Shown here in pieces: positions 28,720 to 38,200 of a stretch of DNA of 44,408 nucleotides. The notes under the pieces were generated by a model. The model was not told the DNA's origin, did no database searches, and worked only from the letters and a program-made list of their open reading frames with translations. The position numbers and the translations under genes were made by a program. Every line of letters starts with the position of its first letter. Position 1 is the stretch's first letter. The DNA comes from Candidatus Undinarchaeales archaeon (GTDB taxonomy: Archaea; SpSt-1190; JASMDC01): positions 1 through 44,408 of the forward strand of contig JASMDC010000028.1 of NCBI GenBank assembly GCA_030753015.1, read 5' to 3'.

Positions 28720-29905
28720 TCTCCCCGCATGATGGGCACACGTTGCTGTTCATGAGGTTCTTTATGACCTCGACACCCTCGCGCTCCACTACTGTGATAC
28801 CGCATTTCGGGCAGACCGTGTCCGCGATGCTCGCTCCTGGAATATTCCCAATATAGACGTAGTTGAGGCCCTCTTCCAGGGCAATGTTGCGTGCTTTGGT
28901 AAGGGTCAGCAGTGGTGTCAATGGGAGCGTATCGAGCTTGTATTCGGGGAAGAACCGCATGAAATGGAGAGGGACATCGGGGCCGAGGCTCTCCATGATC
29001 CATTTCGACATGTTCCGTACCATGTCCATGTCATCGGAGAATGTCGGAACGATGAGGTTGGGTATCTCCAGCCAAACGCCCTTCTCCTGGAGCAGCTCAC
29101 ATGTATCGAGCACGGGCTGGAGCGTCCCGCCACAAACCTCCGCGTAGAACTTATCAGTAAAGCCCTTGACGTCGATGCTGGCGCCGGAGGTCACGGGGAT
29201 GAGCTCCTCCAAGGGCTCGGGATTGATGTACCCATTAGATTTCAGCAATGTCGCGAGCCCTGCCGCACGGGCCACCTTGAACACATCATAGACGTACTCG
29301 AAGAGCACCGACGGATCTGTGTAGGTGAAGGTTATGGCGGAAACTCCCAGTGACTTCGCATTCTCCACCGCCTGGAGGGGCGAGAGCAGTTCGTTGTCGG
29401 TCTCGTCCGGGCCTTTCTGCGAGATCTCCCAGTTCTGGCAGTTGAGGCAGCGGAAGTTGCATCCCGCGATCGCAAGGGAGAGCGTCGTGGTGCCAGGTTT
29501 GAAGTGATAGAAAGGCGCCTGCTGCATGGAATCCTGGTTGATCGAGCATGGATTGCCGTAGGCAAGAGTATAGAGCTTCCCGTCCCGGTTCAACCGGGTG
29601 CGGCAGATACCGCGTCCATCGGGCGCGAGGTTGCATAGGTTCGGGCACAGCCCGCATCGGACGAAGTCGTCAGGTCCTGGCGTCGCCCAGCGGGCCTCTT
29701 TGAGCATGACCTCCTGCCCAGAACCTCGCGACGAAGGGATGGGGATGTCCTGTGGTGTGACGGGATCCGCGACGCCCGCGTCTAGGAGCATCTTGATCAT
29801 CGCTGTGGTGAGGCAGAATCCTCCACCGTATATGAGGCCTTTCTTGATGAACTCCCTACGGTCGACGGATTCGTCGGGCGAGGACTCACTGCGGCCGTCC
29901 TTCAA
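28697..29905 (-). CDS. amrS: AmmeMemoRadiSam system radical SAM enzyme with twin-arginine-like N-terminal extension
   Basis: CGLCPNLC..G.CRTR N-terminal Cys cluster, PFYHFKPG, GCNFRCLNCQNWEISQ, PLHFMRFFPEY, GLNYVYIGN, T.CPKCG...CPSCG..IPGVW. N-terminal DRREFIK. TTG start is uncertain. Confidence 0.9.
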   Translation of the reverse strand: MKDGRSESSPDESVDRREFIKKGLIYGGGFCLTTAMIKMLLDAGVADPVTPQDIPIPSSRGSGQEVMLKEARWATPGPDDFVRCGLCPNLCNLAPDGRGICRTRLNRDGKLYTLAYGNPCSINQDSMQQAPFYHFKPGTTTLSLAIAGCNFRCLNCQNWEISQKGPDETDNELLSPLQAVENAKSLGVSAITFTYTDPSVLFEYVYDVFKVARAAGLATLLKSNGYINPEPLEELIPVTSGASIDVKGFTDKFYAEVCGGTLQPVLDTCELLQEKGVWLEIPNLIVPTFSDDMDMVRNMSKWIMESLGPDVPLHFMRFFPEYKLDTLPLTPLLTLTKARNIALEEGLNYVYIGNIPGASIADTVCPKCGITVVEREGVEVIKNLMNSNVCPSCGEIIPGVWT

Positions 29906-29937
29906 GCTATCTGGTTCCGCATCGGCCTTGGATACGA

Positions 29938-32061
29938 CTATCCCCCCTCGCGCACGATGAAGATGGTCGCGATGAGGATCGTCGATAGGAACATGGCAAG
30001 GACCGTCGTGTTGACCTCTCGCGGTGCAGCGCCCGCTTCATTGAGCACTCCCAGGGCATCCCCCATGAAGGTCAGTGCCGTGGCGTTCAATGTGGCAGCC
30101 CGGTCGATCCGCCCGAGCCCCGCCTCATACACGGCCTGAAGGTAGGCCATGCGTGCCGCTGTCAATGCGAGCCTTGCTTTGGGGAACGTCCTCGCGCGCC
30201 TGTCTAAGTCATCCAGGATCCGCCCCTTTTCCGCAAGCTCGAGCCCCATGTTTGCGATATCACATTTGATATCCACGGTGAGGGGTAGGCCGATGGCGTA
30301 GTCACCGGTGCTCGCCCGGACCGTCAGGGGCATCTCACGACAGGGGAACATGTCGGGAACGGACACCTTGAGCTCCATCCTAGCCTCGCCCCCTGCAGGC
30401 AGGGACGAGGGTACAGTGCTGATGTTAGCAATGCTCTGTGGTGTTCCCGGGGGCGTGATTATGTCAGTTGTTATGTCCAATGGTGTGTCGCCTTCGTTCA
30501 GGAGAGTGAGTAGGAGCGAAGCGATACCTCCCTGGGGCACGACCATGGCCCCGGTCGCATCCGCTGAAAGGGTGAGTGGCTTTAATGATGTGAAGGGGAT
30601 CAGATAGCGTGAACGGCAGCAGAAGTCACCTTCTGCACAGGACAGAAATGGAGTGAAGTGGTCGCGACTGACGCACACGCGAAGTAATTGGAAGCCGGAG
30701 CTCTCGGGAAGATTGAGCACTCCGTCGCTAGGTAGTTCCAGCGCCTTCCCATCAAGGAATGCATTAACCTTCGTGTCCGGCACGTTATAATCGTTGGCGT
30801 CAGTGGCGTTATATGCGATCGTATAGACGCCCGGACCGGTGGCCTCGACATCTAGCTTAAGGTCCAACCTTGCCGTCATGGATATATAGGTGACGCCCTT
30901 TGCCAAGGCCTCGCTCTTCCGGGCCGCCAGAATGAGGTAGTTCCCCCCGATCCCCTTGGGTTCGATCGACGCTGTGAATAGCCCGCCCGATGTGGTGTTT
31001 AGCGTATGACTCTTGCCCTCGAACCGTGCGATGACCGTGGCATCCTGCACACGGTGGAGTGTCCTGTTGACGACCATCACCGTGACGGGAATATGCATCT
31101 TTCTCGGGTACCGGTTGAACCAGAGCGGACGGAGCGTCGTATCAAGGATGGCGAGCTCGCCCCCCGAGACATCTAGGCTCGTACATCCCCGTGCGTTCTC
31201 ACTGCAGATCTCACCCCTAGACGCGTCGCATGTGATCCAGCCGTCGGCTGGAGGTAGGACGCACACGTTCCGGTTCATGTCGCAGCGAGCCGGCATATAG
31301 AGCGAGCCGACGCGCTCGCCAGCATCCGCGTCCAAGAAGACACATCTTCCGAAGGGTGCGCATTGGCTATCATCGAGGCAGCATACCTCACCCTCTGGAC
31401 AGCAGACGCCGTTCTCCGACCTGCTCCCCGGTTCACACAGACCCAGTAGGTCGGGCCGCTGTACAGCGATTCGCTGGTCGTCGCGGGCCTGACCGATGAC
31501 AGCCAGGTCAGGCTCTTGAGCACAGTCTCCCGGTGAGAGCTCGACGGGGATTTCGAGCCGCTTGGTCTCGCTCGCACCGTTCTTGAGCGTGAAGAGGAGC
31601 GTACAGTTCCCCGTACGGTATCCCGTCTTTATGTCCACCACGGCCGTGTACAAACCGCTACGGGTCTCATAGCCCTTGCCAACGGAGAAGACGATAGGAG
31701 ATGGTGTCAGTGACTGGCAAGTCCCATGCTCCACCTCGGGTGCGGGCACCACCTCGAGCTTGAACGTGCGCGGAGAGCACGCCTGCCTGTCCATGATGCG
31801 GATGTTCACCTCGACAGTGATGTCCATCCGCTTGTAGGCCACGTCCATGAGAGGGTCCTCGGGGGTGACGTATCCTTGGTCGTCGTCAAGGTACATACCT
31901 GCCATCCACTGGACCGACCATTCATGCTCGGTGCACCGGGGAAGAGCGGTCGTTGTGACGATGAGGAGAAGGAAGGTCGCAGCAAGCGTCCAGAGCGGCC
32001 GTGAGCGTCCCCCATTTGCTCCAATGTGGCATATATTCTTCCACATCATTATGAGGGACAC
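29938..32061 (-). CDS. Membrane-anchored Cys-rich/Ig-like surface protein (707 aa), paralog of the C-terminal part of the giant protein
   Basis: Signal peptide (LWTLAATFLLLIVTTTA). ENGVCCPEGEVCC and SCAEGDFCCR motifs are shared with the 7461-17402 protein. C-terminal TM VLAMFLSTILIATIFIV. TTTTAAA lies 24 bp upstream of GTG 32061. Confidence 0.88.
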   Translation of the reverse strand: MSLIMMWKNICHIGANGGRSRPLWTLAATFLLLIVTTTALPRCTEHEWSVQWMAGMYLDDDQGYVTPEDPLMDVAYKRMDITVEVNIRIMDRQACSPRTFKLEVVPAPEVEHGTCQSLTPSPIVFSVGKGYETRSGLYTAVVDIKTGYRTGNCTLLFTLKNGASETKRLEIPVELSPGDCAQEPDLAVIGQARDDQRIAVQRPDLLGLCEPGSRSENGVCCPEGEVCCLDDSQCAPFGRCVFLDADAGERVGSLYMPARCDMNRNVCVLPPADGWITCDASRGEICSENARGCTSLDVSGGELAILDTTLRPLWFNRYPRKMHIPVTVMVVNRTLHRVQDATVIARFEGKSHTLNTTSGGLFTASIEPKGIGGNYLILAARKSEALAKGVTYISMTARLDLKLDVEATGPGVYTIAYNATDANDYNVPDTKVNAFLDGKALELPSDGVLNLPESSGFQLLRVCVSRDHFTPFLSCAEGDFCCRSRYLIPFTSLKPLTLSADATGAMVVPQGGIASLLLTLLNEGDTPLDITTDIITPPGTPQSIANISTVPSSLPAGGEARMELKVSVPDMFPCREMPLTVRASTGDYAIGLPLTVDIKCDIANMGLELAEKGRILDDLDRRARTFPKARLALTAARMAYLQAVYEAGLGRIDRAATLNATALTFMGDALGVLNEAGAAPREVNTTVLAMFLSTILIATIFIVREGG

Positions 32062-32084
32062 TAACTATACTAGGCTGTCCGGCC

Positions 32085-32180
32085 TTTAAAACTTAACCGA
32101 TACTGATCTCTTAACGTGTAAATGCAGATTAACATCACATACAGCTATGACATCGAAGATCTGTCGCCAACCTATTTATA
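32085..32180. promoter_or_regulatory. Divergent promoter region with two TATA-like boxes
   Basis: TTTTAAA (-) at 32085-32091 and TATTTATA (+) at 32173-32180. A GAGGGG SD-like run precedes ATG 32229. Confidence 0.55.
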
Positions 32181-32228
32181 CCAGCGTGACGAAAGGATAA
32201 TCTGGATAGTGAGGGGACTATCATCGAT

Positions 32229-35200
32229 ATGAAAAGGCAGCGGCAGGTCATCCAATTCGGTATCCTCGCCCTTCTCGTGCTCAGCCTTGGTACCGGTGCT
32301 TCAGTGAGGTTAGCCAACTGGGAGGAGGCCGAGTACTTACAGAACGGCGAATGGGCGTTGACCATGCCGGTCCAGGACTACCGTGTTACAGGGATCTCGG
32401 CTAAAGCACGGTTCAAGGGGAACCTGGACGGAATAAACGACACCACAGCCGACTGCGCAGTGCAGGAGGAAAAGGTCATCATCACTACCAACGGTGATGA
32501 GATCGGTCGGTTCGGCGATTATGGGGATACGTTGACGTGCGTGGCCAACGAGGTACCCATAAGCTGCTGCCCTATGTGCGATGCTTGGCGAAAGGAAGAG
32601 ACGTTCGACATTCCCCTGCCCGCATGCCGGTTCGCTGAGGACAAGATCTTGCTGGGATTTGCCCTCACACCTCGGGACGAGTGGGCGAGCGCCTGCCCGA
32701 CCGACGCCTGCGTGGGGACGTTCGACTGTCGGACGGGCTCCTTCAAGGTCCGGCTGTTCGTAGAGGTCACCTACGAGGAAATCTCCACCGAAGTGTGCGA
32801 CGGTATCGACAACGACTGTAACGGCGATATCGACGATGGTGAGATATGCACTGGCGGCTTCGAATGTGTCGAAGGTGAGTGCTCGACCACCGAATGCGCC
32901 ACAGGTCGCTTCCTGTGCGATGGACGGTGCGAACTCGCTCCCGGCAAGTGCTGTGACGGTATCTGGTTCGTCGGGGGTGGATGTTGTGGCGATGAGGACT
33001 GTACCGGAGTTCAATACTGCGACGACGACCACCTCTGCAAGGAACCTGAGTGTACCGATACCGCACACTGCCCCGGAAATTTCCGATGCACCGATCATCT
33101 GTGCTCCGATACCGAGTGTAGGACGGGCCACACCCGATGTGGAGCGGTGTGCGATCAACTCCCTGGCGTTTGCTGTGAGAACGTGTGGAACGCCGGTGGT
33201 GACTGCTGCCATGACGGCGGTTGTGCCGGTGAGAACATATGTGGTGCGGACCATCGCTGCACACAGCCGGAGTGCACCGCTACGAGCCCGTGTGCCAGTA
33301 ACTTCAGGTGCCTCGATGGTCGCTGCTCGAGCACGGAGTGCAGTACCGACCACGCCCTATGCGGTTTCACCTGTGGCCCTATACCGGGGGTCTGCTGTGA
33401 TAATACGTGGTTCACGGATGGCGACTGCTGCGATGACGATAATTGCCGCACCGACCAGTACTGCGGGGCCGACCATGTGTGCAGCGCGTACACCTGCTCG
33501 GTCTCCACCCCCTGCCCCGGTGTGCTAAGGTGCGTCGATGGCATCTGTATAGACCCTGCTAGGAACTTCGCACCGAACATCATGGTGGACAGCGGTGTTT
33601 CGGGGAAACAGCTCCATTCCGCCCTCGTCGGTCTCCGTGGAGGCGGTCTGCTCTCCATGTGGCAGGACGCCCGCACGAGCGATTACCACGTCCGCTCCTC
33701 GCAGGCATCACCTCCCGGCTACGAGTGGTCAACTTCGGTCCAGGTCGACTCTATCTCCTTCGGGGACCAGGGCCCGCCTTCAGTGGTGACTGGTCCCAGT
33801 GATCTCATGTTCGCTGCGTGGACTGGTAGGGACGGGAGCATACGGGCCGCGTACGTCGCACGTTCGACCGATAATGGAGCATCATGGGGGCCGTCAAGGG
33901 TCATCTCTGGGGACCTCGACAGCCCGAAGGACGCCGCCATCGCCCTCGGTGGAGGCCAGCTCACGGCCGTGTTCTCCGCTGTCGAATCAGGCTACCGTTC
34001 AGTGTACGCCGTGACCTCGAACAATTGGGGTGCGAGCTGGTCGAGCCCTTTCCTGATCGCGTCCGGTGAGTCCGCTCGTGTCGGGATCCCATCCGTGGCG
34101 ATCGATGCCGATATGGTCGCTGTCGTGGTGTGGGAGGAGGGTTCCTCGCTCTCGGAGGCCATCTATACAGCACGGTCCACCGATGGCGGCAGATCGTGGA
34201 GCGAACGGTCGCGCGTGGACCCCGCACCGAGCCCTTGGCAGATCCGTCCTACGCTCCTGGCCGCAAGGGACGGGGGATTCCACCTTGCCTGGGACGAGGA
34301 GTATGACATCTACACGAGCCAGAGCAATGACGCGGGCCTGACCTGGAGTACCAAGGTCCTCGTGTTCGATGCCTCGCACGGGTGGCGCGCCGAACCTATG
34401 CTCGCCGTGGCGGGCAACGGCAACGCCTATGTGGTCTGGGACAGCTATTACGACATCTATACCGCTTACATACCGAAGGGGGGTACGAAGTGGACTGAAC
34501 CTGCACGTGTGGATGATTCGCCCGAGGGCACACAGCAGCGTCGACCGGCCTTGGCCGTTGACTCGGAGGGCGTCGTCCATGTGGCATGGGAGGACAATCG
34601 GAACGGTGAGTACGCTGTCCACTACAGTCTATCGACTCCGTGCAAGCCCGGATTCACGTTCTGTGAGGCCCGGTGCATCCCCTCGACCGAGGGGAGATGC
34701 TGCGGGGGGATATGGCGCGTCGGTGCCGAGTGCTGCTGGCATGAGGAATGCGAGAGCGGTCATGCGTGCGACCGGTATTCGTGCTCCAGCACCCTGTGCG
34801 CACCAGGTTTCGTTTCCTGCGAGGGTGCTTGCCTCAGGCTTCCCGGTGCGTGCTGTGGAGGGGTCTGGAAGGGAAGTGCCGAGTGCTGCACTGACGACGA
34901 CTGCACCAGGGGCGGCACATGCGACGCCTCGCTCCAGTGCATCGGAGGTGAACCTGTTGGACCTACTCCCATCCCTACAGCGGATCCTTCGGCATCACCG
35001 TCCGCCACACCGTCCACGACCACCCCACCGGGCGGTTCGCCAGGGCCCACGGCTACCACCTCACCCTCGAGCACGCCCACGTCCACTCCGGACCCTTCCG
35101 CGTCCCCCACGGTGACGACATCCCCCACACCCACACCGGGCGCAACCACCACGCCCGGCCCCACAGCTGCACCAACACCCACTCCGACACCTGCCTCCGA

Positions 35201-38200
35201 GAACGTTCGTCAATGGCTGCTCTCCCTTTGGGAGGATATCTCCCGTGCTGAGCAGAACGGTGAGATCACTTCTGAGATGGCGGCCCGTCTCCGCAGGAGC
35301 CTTGAGCAGGCCTTCAGCCTCATGGTTGGGGGCGATGTTGGAGGTGCTGTTGACATCGCCGACACCATCTTCCGTGACATCGCACGAGCACGGATCGAGG
35401 CGCTCATCCAGCGAGTGGAAGCTCTGGGACTGGCGGGACAGATCGATGAGGAGACCCTCGCCAAGCTCCTCAAACGGCTCCGCGAGGCGCTACAGGCCAT
35501 CGACGAGACCGGTGTGTCCAGCGGGACGGACGTCCTCCTCGCTCGGTCCAACGCTGAAGACCTTCTAAAGACCGTAGAACTCCTGGTCACCGAGGTGGTG
35601 GACGCCGAACAGGCGTCGGATACGCAGGGGCCCACTCCCACAGCCACCCGACCCATGACAACAAAGGATTGGGTCCTCGCGCTCTGGATGGAAATCGGGC
35701 GTGCCGAGGGTGCCGGTGAGATCACCTCGGATGTGGCCCAGCGGCTCCGCCATCGCCTCCAAGAGGCGCTCGACCTCATCGACTCCGGTCGTGATGACGA
35801 GGCGCTAATGATCGCCGACACGATCTCACGTGATGTGGCCCGAGCTCGCGTGGAAGCGCTCATCCAGCGCTTGGAAGCTCTCGGTAGGGAGGGGCGTATC
35901 GACCGAGCGGTCCTCGCCGAACTACTCGAACGGCTGATGGAGACGCTCCGTGCTATCGACGAGGGTGATGTCGTGACGGGAACTGCCGACCTGGAACAGG
36001 TCATCGCCCGGCAAGCGGCCACCATCGAAGCCATCGAACTGATCCTCGCCGAGGTGGACGAGGCCGAGCACACGGCAGCCCCCGCCCCGACACCGCCGCT
36101 CGCGGACGGTACGAGCCTTGCTCCAGAGACCGTGGTGTCAGCGGTACAGGAATGGATCGAGACCCTTAGCGAGGACGTCCAGACCGCCGAGGAGAACGGA
36201 ATCATCACGCCCGAAAAGGCGATGGAGATACACCAGGGATTGAGCAGAGCTCGTGCGCTATTGGAACAAGGACGTGTGAATGCTGCCCTTGAGGAAGTGG
36301 GACGGGTCGCCCCCGCTGTGGCCCGTGCACGGCTCGAAGCGCTCATCCAGCGAGTAGAAGCGTTGGGCCGGGACGGTCTTCTCGACGCAGAGACGGTCGC
36401 CGAGCTACTGGGACGATTACGCAATGCGCTCCAGGACCTTGAAGAGGATGAATCCGGAACTGAGACTCTCCCCGTCTTCGAGCGTATGGAGCGTCTGCTC
36501 GAGAGCGTAAACGCGCTCACGAACGAGGTAGAGCAAGCAGCGGGAGATGAGACTCCCGTCACCCCTTCGACAGGCCCGGTCCCCACGATGGTCCCGAGCC
36601 TCGTCCCCACGCTCATACCGACCACGGTCCCCACGGTGTCACCTACAATCCTTCCCGATGGTAGCGTCACACTCCTGCCCACTCTTGTCGCCACGATGGT
36701 GCCGTCGATGGTCCCGACCATGGTGCCTACTACCGTGCCTGGCCCCGGACCAACGGCGAGCGCAATGAATCCCAATGGGACGAACGTGTCAGGAGGACCC
36801 GGTCCCAGTGGTGTGCTCGTTACCGAGGGTATCGATCTGGATCAGGCGTCCATCCCGTCAAGTATCCCTGCCGATCCTGTGGCAGCGGCCATCCATGACC
36901 TCGCCGAAGAGATGGGATGTGCTGCGGTCTGTGCGGGCAGACCGGAGGGGTGTGACGATGCGTGCGAGGACCTGCTCGATCTAGAGAGAAAGATCGCCTC
37001 ACCCCTGTTCCAGGAGCGTCTCCTCGTCCAGATGGCCGTGAGCAATACGCCGCCACCCGGATTGGAGCGTCATCTCCAGAGCGCCTGGCGCCGCCTGGGC
37101 GAAGGGGACGTGACCGGTGTGCAGGATACTGTCCAGCGTGTGCAGGGTATCATCAAGGAGCGCCTTGCCATCGATGTGGCGGTGAACACCGTGTCCAAGT
37201 CGTCGTTCACTCCACAGATGGAGCCTGAAGAGGTGGCCACGCCCTCGGTGCTCGAGTTGTTCGATATCGAAAGCTCCCTCGGAGAATCCGCCGAAAAACT
37301 CGTCGACGGCGTTGTCGCGGTATCGAAGGCCGTGCGCGAGCGGATGGGTGTGGTGATCACAGGTCATGTCATGGAGGTCGCACTCCAGACGGCCGAGGGG
37401 ACAAGCGAGCCAAAGATCGCGACCGTGGTCACGCTCTCCGTGGAGAACACCGGCGCCGACGACGAGGAGGACTTCTGCATCCTCCAGCTCATCCCAAAAG
37501 CATTGGCATCGTCCGTTACCGATGTCACCTTCAGACAGGACGTCAGGGTGGTGGTCAATGATCCGGTCGTGCTCTGGAGCGTCGACCGTCTCAAGAGCGG
37601 TAGTAAGGTCGACCTCTCGTTCTCGGTCCAGAAGCAGGTCTCACAGGATGACGTCGAAGCATCGCGTATCACCTTCCTCAAGCTCCCCGCTTCCCATTGC
37701 AGGGAACTGTCAACCAAACCGGGAGGGGGGAGCGGATGGGGCACGACCACGGCCGGTGGTGCCCTCTCGACCATCAAGTCGCTCATCCCATGGATCGCGA
37801 TGCTGATGGTCCTCTCCCTCATCGGTGCTGCTGTCAGGCAGCGGATCCGACGTGGTCCCGGCACACTCGCCCTATCCATCGCACGGCAAGCGGGCTACAC
37901 CTCGGTCACGGCCACGGCACGGAACACAGGGCACACGCCGATGCTCGAAGTGGCCATCGAGTTCGAGCTCCCCTGCGAGCTCGCTCCTCCTCCGGATGTC
38001 TCCCTCCACGAAGCAGTGGGCACCATCCCTGCCAGTGGTTACCACATGAGCATGCTCTACATCAGCCCTCGCACACCCGCACGCTCGACGGTCGGGGCCA
38101 GTATCACCTACCGTCGCGGGGGTATACAAACTACCGAGCGAGCCCCTCCGGTGTCCGTGGCCAGCGTCCTCCCCCTGGTCAGCCCCCTGAAAATGGACGA

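Noticed and set aside
35210-36775. 521-aa antisense ORF (also 39595-41163 +, 32337-33353 -, 11824-12822 +)
   Set aside because: These lie wholly within long, motif-rich genes and have low-complexity Ser/Arg/Ala composition with no recognisable motifs, as expected in high-GC DNA.
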